From NCBI GenBank assembly GCA_003971905.1, contig RSEE01000024.1, forward strand, positions 558,001-622,000: a stretch of DNA of 64,000 nucleotides. The letters are read 5' to 3'. Source of the stretch: Moniliella sp. 'wahieum'. Its lineage: Eukaryota. Of the stretch, positions 49,711 to 61,988 are shown in pieces; within the stretch, counting starts at the first letter, position 1, and each line of letters begins with the position of its first letter. The position numbers and the translations under genes are program-made. The notes beneath the pieces were generated by a model. It was not told the origin of the DNA. It ran no database searches and worked only from the letters and a program-made list of their open reading frames with translations.

Positions 49711-51301
49711 ATGTCTGCTGCCGCCGCTGCGCCTGGTCCCGGCCAGTTCATTGGCCAATGGATCTCCCTCACCAGCAAGTCGGAGCACCGCTACAAGGGC
49801 CTCCTCGCCGCCATCAACCCTACCGACGCCACCATTTCTCTCGAAAAGGTCCGCAGCTATGGCACGGAAGGCCGTCTTGCTGCCAAGGGCCGCCCGGCAG
49901 AGGAGCTGCCGCCCAACGACAAGGCCTTTGACCTTGTCGTGTTCCGCGCTTCCGATGTCCAGGACCTCAAGATCGAAGATGCGTCCCGCGCCCGCGCCCG
50001 CCGCCCCTCTGACCGACCCCGCCATCCTCAACGTGCGTATCCCTTCCCCGTTCCGTTCCATCTCCTCTCGTGCGTGAGGTACAGAGTGTTGATTCTCGTG
50101 GGTTTTGGACCTTGTAGCAGAGTGGAGGCCCACCGCCTCCCGCTCCGGGGTCCTGGGGCGTCCCGCCTCCCGCCGGCGCTCCCTCCGGCCCGTTCCCTGG
50201 GTACGACGCGCCTTATGGCTACCCCGCTCCTCCACCTGGGTTTGGAGGGCCGGGCGGGTTTAATGCCTTTATGCCCTGGGGCCCGCCCCCCGGGCCGTAC
50301 GGAATGCCTCCTCCGGGTCAATCCTATGTGTCCCCCCAGGCACCGGCTAACCCTCCGGCTGCAGCGCCGTCGGCGGCTACCCCATCTTTGCCTGGCACTA
50401 CCAACCCAGCTCCGGCCCCGGCTCCGGCCCCTGCATCGGCTCCTGCCCCCGCTCCTGCTCCTGCCTGCTCCTGCTTCGGCACCCGCCGCTGCACCGGCGA
50501 CTGCGCCTGCGCCTGCCTCGGCCCCGCCCCGGCCCCTACGCCAGCTCGTGCCCCAGTTTCTGGATCTCGGAAGCCTACTGAGCCTCAAGCCGCAGTTAAG
50601 GCGAGACTTCCTAGCAAGCCCGCCACCCAGCAGCCTGTTCCGCAGGCTACTCCTGCATTTAGACCTCCGGAGGGTACGGTCAACGCAGAAGATACGAAGG
50701 CGCGCAATGCTGGTGCGGCGCAGCGGATGAGTTGGTGAACGACTTGATGGGCCTGACGGTTGGACCGCGCAGCACTCCTGCTGTGGACCAGGCAGGCGCG
50801 TCTGTACCGGCTGCGCCCAGTGCCCCGCACGGGTTGCCCCCCGTCCCTCATGCCGCTACGGCGGCGGCTAGTTTGGCCCGGCACCCCCCTCCCCCGCGGC
50901 GGGCGGCTGACAAGCCCCCCACCGACTTGACCACCGACTTTGACTTTGAGAAGGCGAATGCCAAGTTCAGTAAGGACAAGTTGGATGGGGACGTGGCGCC
51001 CTCGGCCGTGCTTACCTCCATCCCGGCTGCCGACGAAAAGCGTTCGTTCTACGACAAGAAGAGTGGGTTCTTTGATGACATTTCGTCCGAGATCAAGCAG
51101 CGCTATGCGGCGCCGGAAGACCGTCGCGGATTCCGCCAGCAAGAAGCCGCGCGCAACATGGCTACGTTTGGGGACTCGGGACATGCGTATGGCCGGGGCC
51201 GAGGCCGGGGTCGCGGTCGGGGCCGCGGCCGTGGAAGGGGACGTGGGCCTCGTGGGGCGGAGGACGCGTTGGGATCCTACCCTGCTCAGCCGAGTGTGTA
51301 G
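49711..51301 (+). CDS. SCD6: Scd6/Lsm14 mRNA-decapping activator (LSm14 domain, FDF/FFD/TFG motifs, RGG tail); intron about 50033-50120
   Basis: FIGQWISLTSKSEHRYKGLL...EKVRSYGTEGR...VVFRASDVQDL; DFDFEKANAKF; FYDKKSGFFDDIS; RNMATFG; (RG)n. Confidence 0.92.
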
Positions 51302-51870
51302 CGTTGTTCTGGGTTCCCAACGACCCTCTGGGCACAGTGGTCGAACCTGGTCTGCACCGAATCTCTTCGGCGTTGTCTCTCTCTTTCCAATCTCTTATGT
51401 TTCTTCCCCCCCCGCGCTTGGCCCCCCTTCCCCCCAGCTTCGTATGAATGCAAGTTGCGTACCATCTCTGTTCTGTGTAGTTACTTTCTGGATCCTTCGC
51501 CTACTATGTGCAAGCCAAGCCACCAAAAAGAAAGGGCAGAAACGCATGGATCCTATAGTCTTCTCCTGTTGGTTCAACTCTTGAATTGGTACAAGGCCAA
51601 AGGAAGACACTTCGGGCCTCAGGTCTCCTCCGTGCAGGCGTAAACACCGGCATGCATGGAGAATGATTCAAGAGCATGGCGCAAAACGACAGGGCGGCTG
51701 CTGGTGGGAGAATGCGAGGCAAATTGGGGCGGAAGAACACTTCCCGATCTCACCAAAGGGGGAACTCCATGGCGAGAAGGAGTAGAGATCTGAAAGATCT
51801 CTTGAGAATTAAGAATTGAGAACAAGGTCGTAATTAAAGCGGGGCAGACAAGATAGTGGCTCGGTACCAG

Positions 51871-51903
51871 GGTTAGCGGTTAGCCTAAGCGCTTAGCGCT
51901 AAC
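51871..51903. repeat. AGCGCT-type palindromic heptamer array upstream of RACK1
   Basis: AGCGGT T AGCCT A AGCGCT T AGCGCT A AC. Confidence 0.8.
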
Positions 51904-52183
51904 GACCAGCTCTGGCCAGCGGCCACGTGGCAACCCTAGCAGCAACCCTATATGTTTGGGCAAGTAACTGCTGCGGATTTGCATTTGCTCTTGATCTTAC
52001 GTGGGGTTGGATGGATAGAGGGCAGGTCGAAGGTGGTTGAGAGCATCGACCGCTGGTTGACCTCATATCCAACTAGTACGTGCAGATGTCCCGTCTCTGT
52101 ACTCGTGTCTGGAGCATGCCACCCCAGCATCCGTTGCGACGCACAGGGAGGCTGACTTCCTGCGGTTCAGATTGCCCAACATC

Positions 52184-53115
52184 ATGAGTGAGTCTCTACA
52201 GTTCAAGGGTAGCCTTGTCGGCCACAAGGGCTGGGTCACGGCCGTTGCGACGTCGAGCGAGACCCAGACCTGCTTGTCTCCGCTTCGCGCGACAAGCACG
52301 TCATTGTATGGAACCTAAAGCGGGGCGAGGACGACATTGGGTACCCCAAAAAGATCCTCCATGGCCACAACCACTTTGTGTCTGACGTTGCCCTTTCCTC
52401 GGACGGCCAGTTTGCGCTCTCGTCGTCGTGGGACAAAACGCTGCGCCTGTGGGACCTCAACTCAGGCAACACTGTCCACCGCTTTGTCGGCCACAAGTCC
52501 GACGTCCTGTCGGTCTCCTTCTCGGCTGACAACCGCCAGATTGTGTCGGCTTCGCGCGACAAGGCGGTCAAGCTGTGGAACACGCTTGGCGAGTGCAAGT
52601 TTGACCTGGCCGACAAGGGCCATACCGAATGGATCAGCACCATCAAGTTCTCGCCCAACCCGCAGACGCCCATTATCGTGTCGGGTGGCTGGGACAAGGT
52701 GATCAAGGTGTGGGATCTGTCGCAGATGCGCGTCCGATCCAACCTGTACGGTCATTCGGGCTATATCAACTCGGTCGCCATCTCGCCCGACGGTTCGCTC
52801 TGCGCTTCCGGCGACAAGGAGGGCGCGGTTCTGCTGTGGGAGCTGGCCAGTGACTCGCACCTCTACTCGCTGGAGGCGGAGGATAACGTCAATGCGCTCC
52901 TCTTTTCTCCCAGTCGGTACTGGCTGTGCGTGGCCACCTCGTCGTGCATTAAGGTGTTTGATCTCGAGTCACAGTCGCTTGTCGACACGCTTGTGCCCGA
53001 GATGGAGGGAAACGGCAAGGCGCCCGAGGCCCTGTCGCTTGCCTGGTCGGCTGATGGCCAGACACTCTTCGCTGGCTACTCGGACAACCTCATCCGCGTC
53101 TACTCTGTTCTCTAA
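52184..53115 (+). CDS. ASC1: RACK1 (Asc1/Cpc2) 40S-associated WD40 protein; intronless CDS; probable 5'-UTR intron 52076-52170
   Basis: [103 protein letters not shown]. Confidence 0.93.
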
Positions 53116-53533
53116 GGCAATCATACTAAGCAAATGCTGCTACGGCGTTTTTCATATTTTTTTTTTCCTGTCGATCGTCCACGACGAACCGAGTGGGGGT
53201 TCGTCGACTGATGCGCCCCCTCCGCACCCTCACGACCTGTTGTTTTCCTATGTCAAGTTGTCTCGGCGCCCGCCCTGAGGGCCTGATGCCTGATGCCTAC
53301 AGCCCCATGGACGTGTGGCTCACAAGGAGCAGGCGCTTGGGGAGCCTGCGATGCACATTCACCAATTTCATCAATTGACCACCTTTGACCCCGCGAGTTG
53401 GGGGGGCACATGAGTCTTGGGATGTAGGGGCATAGTGTGCGTGATGCAGCAGCGGACACATGCGACGGTGTGGCGGTAGTAGGTGGCGGCGCGTGGGGCT
53501 TGTAGGAATGAGAGGCTGCCTATGCGCCGTGTT

Positions 53534-53972
53534 ATACGTTACGCGTTACGCGATGGCGCGTTCGGTTGCCCAGGCCTCCCGGCATACCGTGGGCACCGGA
53601 GGGTGCGGGGGAGGACGACATGAGGGCGGCCACCCCTATTTGCCCCCCTAGATGTAGTCTGGATAAGGGCACGCAGGTCAAGCTGACCCCTATCCTGGGC
53701 CTGACATGCTTATCAACCAACCTCAACTTTCAAACGCAGACATCATCCAATTTGAAACCGACCATAGAGACAGAGGTCACGTGGACGGGGGCACCGCCCG
53801 CCGGCCTGCCTGTTGGGGCATGCAAGGGCAGGCAAGGGCATGCAGTGACAGTGGGAGTCACAAGTCACGTGTGACTCCGGACGCATGATGCTTCCATGCA
53901 TGATCGATGATCTCCCGGCTTCCGCATCCCCGCCAACGCGCTGTGATGCATGATGTGCTGGGACGTGTGATG
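53534..53972. repeat. Palindromic heptamer arrays upstream of the SAPS gene
   Basis: ATACGT T ACGCGT T ACGCGA at 53534; ATGCAT G ATCGAT G ATC at 53896. Confidence 0.8.
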
Positions 53973-54162
53973 TGCTGCGTCGGGATGCGTCGCCTCGCAT
54001 CGGCTGCTGTCGCCCGTCGCCCGTCGCAATGCTCCGACACACGAGCGGATCCTCGTCATCGCCATCACCGCCAGCACACGCGCTTGCTGCTCTCCCTCCA
54101 TCGGTCGTCCGCCTGCCTCCGCGCCACCCCTCTCCCCGCTCGGCCCCTGCCCCCCGCCCGCC

Positions 54163-57100
54163 ATGTACTGGGACTATGCGTTCGACCCCGCCACGGCCGC
54201 CGCCATCGACACGCTCCTGGCCCAGCCCGACGTGTCTGTCGAGCAACTGCTGGACGAACCCGACGTGCTTTACGAGACCAAGAACCACCACCCGCAGCTC
54301 GTCGCCTTCTGGTCCCAGCCCTCTACCGCATCTCGCCTCCTCCAGCACGTACTTGGCCAAGCGCCGCTGCCCGCCCCCTCCGAACCCTCGTCCGAGTGGC
54401 ACGAAACAGTCTTCTTCCGCTATCCTTACCTCGCCACCGAAATCCTTACCGCCGACGTGCCTGCTCTTTCTGCGGCACTCCTCGCACACTCCACCGACAC
54501 GCTCCAGCCCTTCTTCGATGCTGCTCTCCCCTACCGTTCGCCCCACATGGCCAGCCCATTGCCCTACCACAGCCACCCCTCCTTCGCCCACCAAGTCCAG
54601 ATGCCCCAACGACCTTCCTCCCGCTCTCCTCTCTTTCCTCCTCCTTCCCCTCCCCCTTCTTCTGACCTCCCATCCAACCTTGAGCTAGGGCCAGGATGGA
54701 ATGTGCTCCTCTCTTATGGAGCTCGCGTTCTTGCCCATCTTTTGGACACCAACCGTGCTGAGGTTCGTATTGCCTTTTAAGCTATGCTACCCTCAACCGT
54801 TAACGCTGTGTTTTCCTCTCCAGATGACTGCATTCCTCCAAGCCCAGCCACATCTTGTGGACCGGCTTGCAGCCAACGCCGAATCGCCCGTGGTGGCCGA
54901 CTTGATTTATCGTATCATCGAGATTGACTCTGGCGTGCTGGTGGACGAGCCGAGCGGAGGCATGATCACGTGGTTCTCTCAGCACCGCCTGATACCCACC
55001 TTGGTTGCGCTCCTCCTCTGTTCACAGCCGCACGGTGCACAATAATGTTGGGTTGCTTAGGAACATTGTTGAACGTTCTGGGCATGGGTTGGCGGCCATG
55101 CAGCAGGAAGAGTTGTTGCCCGACAGCGAATCGGGCTTGCGGCCACTTCCCTCGGCTACGTCCAATGTCTTGGTGCGCGATTTGGCCTCGCCCGAGGTAG
55201 CCGACATGCTCGTATTGATTATGCTTGACGAGTTTCCGGACGACGACGTGCCTTTGGCTCTACCACCTTGGCCCGACGCCCCCGACCAGAAGACTGAGTT
55301 GCATGCCCCCCCCCTCGAGACTCCTTCCTGTGGAGACCACCTCCTGAGCGACGTTGAACCGGACCTGCGATTGGAGGGAACCCCCCATCCCGCCCTAGCT
55401 GCGCCGGAGGGTTCTTCCATGTTGCAAGATCCATCCCCACCTCGGGCTCCGCGAGTAGCCAAAACCCAAGAGACGATTTCCAGCGCACTGGTATCGTCAG
55501 TGGAGATCATGATTGAGCTCATTCGCAAGAACAATTCGGACTATTTTGAACAAAATCTGTTCCACTTTCTCCGCCAGACGATTATCTTTCAGCAGCAAGC
55601 TCTCGCTACGCGTCGAGCGGAACTTGCCATTCGGACGGCTTCTCCCGATTCATCTCTAGCGTGTTCTCCCTCGGAGGCGCACCCTCCATCACATTCGGTC
55701 GGATCGAGATTCGGATGACTTTTCACCAGAAGAGGTGACCGAAATGGACGAGGCGGTTCGGCAGGCATCGGGAGAGATGGGCATTGTGCACCTCGGACCC
55801 CTTTTGCACTCGGTCTCCTTGCGCCTCAGCGATTTGCAGAGAATTGTACTCTGTCCTCATGAAAAGGCGGGCATGGACGAAGCCTCTTCGGTGGGCGACA
55901 TGGGTGACCACACCGATCCGACCTCACCCCCCGGCTGCTGGAGTGCCGACGATACTTTGCCCTTGACGGTTGGTGCGACGGAGCCATTGACGATGGATCG
56001 TTATCGGGTGTGTGAATTGTACGCCGAGCTGCTCCATTGCTCGAACATGGCACTCGTCAATCGGCCTTCAGGCTCCGGTCCGCAGTATGATCCCGAAACT
56101 GGCGCTCTGCTGGGTGGCCTGGATGGCTTCCAGGCCCTGACCGATGCGCTCAACTTGGCCCTTGGCGACTCGGTGACTGAAACTGAGGAACAGCTCTCGG
56201 AGATTGAAGGAGAGGGTCTACAGTCCGTCCAGGTCGGAACCCCTTTAGGACGTTCTACTGAGCTAGCCTCGCCCGTGTCGCCTGTCGCTCGAGCCGGCTC
56301 TCTCTCAACCGATGGCCCATCGTCCCCGAGGGCGTGGGAAGAGTCGACGGTTGGAACGACCGTTCCGCCTTGCCCCGACGATCCCAAGTCGATTTCGTAT
56401 GAAGGGCTGACTTGGGACCATCGTTTTGCCCTTCAATCTCGGCTCAAAACCTTGTCGGTACCTGTGCCGGACGGCTTGGTACCCGGGGATTTACTCAAGG
56501 AGCGTTTTCTCTCCTTGGGGGTACCCAACACACTTCTCGACCTGTTTTTGCTGTATCCATGGAACAACATGCTGCACAATGTGGTCTATGACATTGTGCA
56601 GCAATGCTTCAATGCTCGCCTGACAGCCAGCCTGCCCGATCTGAGCGAGGGGGACCCTTCCCAGCCCGAGCAGGATCAGCAGTCACCTCCTTTGGACCAC
56701 TTGGACCATCCTGTGGATAATGTGGAGGAATTGGGGCTCATTCGTCGGGGGCAGTACAGCCGCGCACTCGCGTTGGAACTATTGGGCCCGGCGGACCTCT
56801 GTGGGCTGATTGTTAATGGGCACAAAGTCAATGACCTGTCTGAAGCCGGGCCTAGGCGGATTCGGCTGGGCTTTATGGGGCATCTCAACCTTATTGCTGA
56901 TGAGACAGCCAAAGTGTTGGACAAGTACCCACAATCATTGGGTGTGCCATTAAAGCAACAATATGGCTTTGCGTGTCACTCTTCGGAGTGGGATGCGCTG
57001 GTGGAGCGTCTTCGTATGGCTCAAGAAACTGCCGAGTTGGCAGACCCACCTCGGCTGGTCCCCGGTGCCGACACAAGTGAGTCTGAGGAGGAGGAGCTCC

Positions 57101-57786
57101 ACCATCCATCCCAGGTTATTGGGTCCTTTGATGATTTCGACGAGGCTCAAGATGGTGCGGCATGGGCGGCCAACGTTCGTCAGCACTATTCCGTTGGAGC
57201 AGCTTGGCGTTCTCGTCCCACGGGTGTGGGTGAAGATGAACCAAACAGGCCCCGTGACCCCTTCTATGACCCGCTAACCGCGGCTGACTGGGACGCCGAG
57301 TTCCAGCTGCAAACGCAAGAGCAAGATGAGCGCAACGCTGCGCGCATGTACGATACCTCCTCTGACGAATCGAGCAACGAGAGCGAGGAAAGCTTGTCGG
57401 ACGATGCCTCTTCTGATTCAGACGATGAGGAAGGGTATGCACCCTTTGTCGATCTTCTTGATCCCCGCGCTCGGGCTGGTGTACTGCTCCGGCAGCAACG
57501 CGAATCGCTCGCCTCGCCTGAACCTGTTCCTGCCCCCGCCTCGCCCATGGGCACCCCCCCTATTCTTATCCCTCTCCCCGGTCATCGGCGGTCGTCGGCG
57601 GCTAGCTCGTCAGGCTCGAGCCTCGAGCTGGTGGCCGACCCTCAGTCTCCGCTGGGGCTAGGTGTGGACCGCGAGTCGACGGTGGGTGTACGTGCTGACT
57701 CCAGGCTGCCCGCTTTTGGCGAAACTGACACACACGTTGCTGCAGGACCACGGCATTCTTGTCCACCGATTCGACCAGGCTCTTGA
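54163..57786 (+). CDS. SIT4/PP6 phosphatase-associated (SAPS domain) protein; intron 54763-54823; frameshifts
   Basis: IDTLLAQPDVSVEQLLDEPDVLYE, FRYPYLATEIL, IELIRKNNSDY, RYRVCELYAELLHCSNM, LDLFLLYPWNNMLHNVVYDIVQQ, RLGFMGHLNLIA. Confidence 0.9.
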
Positions 57787-58035
57787 GCCAAGGAGCATCC
57801 AGGCCCCCTTGGACGATGTGGCGCTCGCCTTGTCCGAAGCCCAACACATGGCCCTCTCATGAGATCTTGGCTGTTAGGCACATACCTATGAGAACTGTTA
57901 TCTATTTTCTCCTTCCTCGCCAGTCCTCTTGATTGCCCTTGCTTGATGCTGTAGGTTGTGCCCAGCCACCGGCCCTGGTAGAAACCTGATATCGACCTTC
58001 TTATTGAGGTCAAGCCTGGGATATGCTTAACAGCG

Positions 58036-59660
58036 TCACGCCTTAGAGCGTGCATCGACCAATCGACATACCACTCTGGAAGAATACCCACCCGCTTGGG
58101 TTCGTCCGCCTCGGCATTCGTAGGTTGCCGCACCGCCGCGTCCACGTTCATCTTCTCCACCTCGTCCTCGGGCAAAGGGTTGATTTCCACCTGTGCCCCC
58201 CCAGCCGAGCGGGAAATGCGAAACACCCTTCCGGCTCGCACCGCTTCGCCTCCGCGGGCAAAGTGATTGGTTTTCAAGTCGTCGGCCAGCACGCGCTGGA
58301 TGTGGTCCAACAAGGTCGAGGCCAGGTTCAAGCAGGCCTGTGGGTCCCAGCCATGAGGTTTGTTGCGTACCAGACGAGGAAGTTCCAACGTTTTGAACAT
58401 CTCCCCCCACCGCACCGTTCCCCGACGAGTCTTGTATCCGACGTAGATGTTGGGCACGCCCAGGAGGAAGGATTGAAAGTCTGGGCAGCACTGGGGTCAG
58501 TCATACCCTTTTGGCACTACGTTCGGTACCCGAATCAACGCATGGCGCACTTACAAAAGCGTACCAACTTCTTCTCGAAGAACATTCGGTCCCGTTGGGA
58601 GGTTAGTTCTGCCGTCGTCTTGAGCTCCACCAGCTTATTGGATTCGTCAACACAGTCCACTTCGCCTCCCATGATCTGTCGCCCCTGAGGTCAGCTGCCC
58701 AATTCAACCGACAAGGGGAGAAGTTCGTACGATGCGCGTGTTTCCCAGCCATGATCGCGTTAGTATACACCATTGTTCGTTCGTGTTCACATTCCCGCCC
58801 CAGCCTGGAGGCGGCGGGGCGCGGAGGTCGATCGAAGGCGCGGACGACCTAGGACTGCCCAACCGTTGGTCCGACTTGGGCGCCGTCGCCTGCTCGTCAA
58901 CCGTGCAATACGACTCAAAACTGTATCCTTGGTAGGTACCCCTCCGTCGCGCAAAGTTCTCCATCTCGGCTACCTTGGCCACGTAGCTTTCCTGGCTGCA
59001 GTATTGCTCGAGGTAGACCGTTTGCCCTAGCTGGGAACACAAGCGGAGTAGTAAGCACCAACACAGCGTCCTTACGGAGGTCAAGGTTTGGCGGGGGGGG
59101 AGAGGGGGCACGCACCATCTGTGCATTGAACTGGAACCCATCGCGATCGTCGTACAAGAGCGTGCAAAGTTTGGTCATGATCCCACGAAAGGTCAGCAGG
59201 TGGAGGCCCGACAGCTGAGCCGCCGCGTGCGAGTCGGCTTGGCCACGCGCACGCACCTCCAACAGAGAATCCAAGCGATCCGGCGCCAAGTGGCTGGGCA
59301 CAAACCGTTCCAAACCATAGTTGAGATCGAGCTCGCGCGGGTGCGGAGTCTCCTGGCTCGGCGCAAATGGGTCCCGGAAACGTTTGCGACCGCGGTTGTC
59401 CACGTGCATCTTGCGCTCGGCGTCGTAGGAGAAGGCGCCCCACCTCATTGGCTGGCCCACCTGCGTCCGAGGCTGGTGCGTCCAATGCCGGACGGACCCA
59501 ACAAGAAAGATGCGTGGGTCGGACATGCCCAAAGCGTGGCAGGGGTGGTGCGGGTGGTGGACAATGCGAGTGGCGATGGGGGGGGGCAGCCACTGGCGTC
59601 TGTATGGGTGCTGTGTTCGGATTTGGGGGTTGGAATCGATGTGCGTGCGGCCTGGGCCAT
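58036..59660 (-). CDS. RAI1: Rai1/DXO decapping exonuclease; introns 59031-59115, 58676-58730, 58481-58554; both ends approximate
   Basis: TFRGIMTKL, YQGYSFESYCT, VNTNEQWC, IMGGEVDC, VELKT, FYFQSFLLGVPNIYVG, ILPEWYVDW. All three introns are GT-AG and restore frame. Confidence 0.88.
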
Positions 59661-59993
59661 CTCACGCGTCTTTGGATATTACGAAAGTTTTACCGGTGGA
59701 CGGCACCCTTGCCACGCAGCTGGTTCCCCATGGCATGTGGCACCCCTAATTAAAAAGAGACAATACGCCCTGAAAAGTGTGCACATTGTCCTGCCACAAC
59801 GACTGATTGGTTAGGTACGCGCCCCACCCCCGCCCAAGACGCCAACCACGCTATCCCACTGTAACCAGCAAAGCTACAGCGCTCTTCAGTCCACTTTTCT
59901 CCCCGCTCAGTCCCAAAGAAAATAACAGTATGACCATGATGCATGACGTATGTGATTTTGAGGGGTAGGGCGGGGAGCCAAGTCCACTTATAA

Positions 59994-60804
59994 TTAGGCC
60001 TCGACGGGGGTCGCCTCGGCCGGGGCCGCCTCAGGGGCAACAGCAGCAGCTGGAGGCGTGAGGTACGACACGGAGGAAGGCTGGGTAACCTCGACCTCGG
60101 CCTTGGGCTCGAGGATGGTGACAGCGTCTGGAAGGGGGAAAGGCTTGCCGGCCCGGCCGGTGGGGTCCCACGCGTGCATGATTTTGACCTTGATGCCGAG
60201 CACGCCCTGCTTCATCAATACGTGGCGCACGGCAATGTCCACGTAGTCCTTGTGGGGCTGACCGGTGTGGATCATGAAACCGTCGGTGAACTTCATGGCC
60301 TTGGCTCGGGCTGCACGCAGCTTGCCTGACACAATCACCTCGCAGCCCTTGGCGCCCGACTCCATCACGTAGCGCAGCACACCATACGCAGCGCGGCGCA
60401 CGGCAAGACCACCGAGTAGCTTGAAGCGCAGCGACTCGCACTGGGCCGTGGCGTGCAGGCCACGGTTGTCAATCTTCTCCGCGTAGAGCTCCAGCGAGTT
60501 GTCCGGGAAGCGGAAACGCTTTTGAACCAGCGCCGTCAGCTCCCGAATGCGGCGGCCACGCTCCCCAAGCACGAGTTGGGTGTGGGTGGCGCGGATGATG
60601 ATCTCAGTCGTGGCCTGCGTCACCCGGATCTCGCAGCCCGAGTAGCCCTCCTCCGACAGCTCACGCGTGAAAAACTCATTGAGCTCAGCGGCAAAGACGC
60701 CGTCCGCGACAAACTGAAAAAGAGGCAGTCAGGCTGTGTTCTTATACCAGACACGGGGACGGGATACACACCTTGCGCGCCTTGGAGCCGCCAATGTTAG
60801 GCAT
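59994..60804 (-). CDS. RPS3: 40S ribosomal protein uS3 (S3); intron 60714-60771
   Basis: [24 protein letters not shown]...[25 protein letters not shown]...[23 protein letters not shown]...[12 protein letters not shown]. Confidence 0.97.
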
Positions 60805-60944
60805 GGTGGATGCGTGGTGGAGGCGTTGCAGCGGCCCACGCCCAATGGCCATCCATAGGCTCCACTCCTGGGGGAGAGACGGGGCAGCAACCCTACGGCC
60901 AATTCGTGGGGCGCCCTGCCGCAGCAGGGCTGCTGTGCTTGGGG

Positions 60945-61050
60945 GTGTGATGAGTGGTGAGTGATGAGTGATGCGCGACCGGTGACCGGTGATGGTCGAT
61001 GGGCTGGGGTGCGTTCACACATTCAATCTGAGATCTGAATGTTGAAGCAG
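60945..61050. repeat. Palindromic heptamer arrays in the RPS3/RMD1 divergent promoter
   Basis: ATGAGT G ATGCGC G ACCGGT G ACCGGT G ATGG at 60964; AGATCT G AATGTT G AAGC at 61031. Confidence 0.8.
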
Positions 61051-61988
61051 GCCACTGGCCATTCCCTGGTCCCTGCCCTTCCCCATCGCGTGGGCTGGGT
61101 TGCCGCCTTGCCTTTGCGTCCGCCCTCCCCGGGCTGAGAAAGTACGGTATCATATATCATTCCTCCTGGCCCACTATTGCCTCTGGGTGCGGGTCCTACA
61201 GGAGTCCAGGACGGCGGGTCGCAACAGGCGGTCACAGCATGTGCGCCACAACTCCACCAGGCTGCAGTTCAATATAAACGTCCTCGTGATTTTCTCAAGC
61301 TCAGTGGTACAGCGGGCCCCTGGACGTCCTGGACCATTGACAGTCGACGTTTTCAACTGTCGATCAACGTCCCCCGGACCGGGGTGCCGCCACGACTCAT
61401 TCAAGGGTATTGCTTGCACCCAGTGCTGCTATCCCTCTCTATCCTCTGCGACTACCACCGACCGCGAGCCAGTTGCCCAGCCAGACCGTCATGGTTACCG
61501 TGTTGCGCAAGCGCTCAAGCCTCTTCCATTGATTCCCCCCCGGCTTTGAGCTATATGAGCACCCCGGGCTTGATGGCAACTGTCAGTTCTCTGTCCCAAC
61601 TGTATCGCGCACTGGGCCGACTACATAATAATTGCCTTCCAGGACAGCAACACTGCTGTCACTTCCTGTTTCAACGCTGGGGCAGACTGTCCCGTTCGGC
61701 TCCCTCACTCTGGCACCCTTCGTGCCCTATGCCCGTCAGAGGTGGGAGCGCAGCGCTGCGAGACCACGACTTGGAGGCACGACGAATGGGGAAGACAAGG
61801 GCAGCAATAATCGTGCGTGCGCGCATATGACGTAAGACGGCGTGATCCCAGGCCAGCGACCCCCCTTTTATTGGCAAAGTCAGCGAGCGGTTCAGGTTCA
61901 GTTCGGGTGGCCGGAATCGACCAAAGACCATCACCATCTACCTGCTGGGCCTGTCTGCGCTCTGCTCGCTTCGCCCTCCTGCGTTCCA

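Noticed and set aside
51931..51950. Telomere-like AACCCTA motifs
   Set aside because: Only two non-tandem copies; not a telomeric array.
57642..58045. Apparent long antisense overlap between the RAI1 ORF tail and the SAPS 3' end
   Set aside because: Rai1 similarity ends at ILPEWYVDW and out-of-frame stops follow within about 30 nt. Given the indel rate, the extension is probably an artefact.
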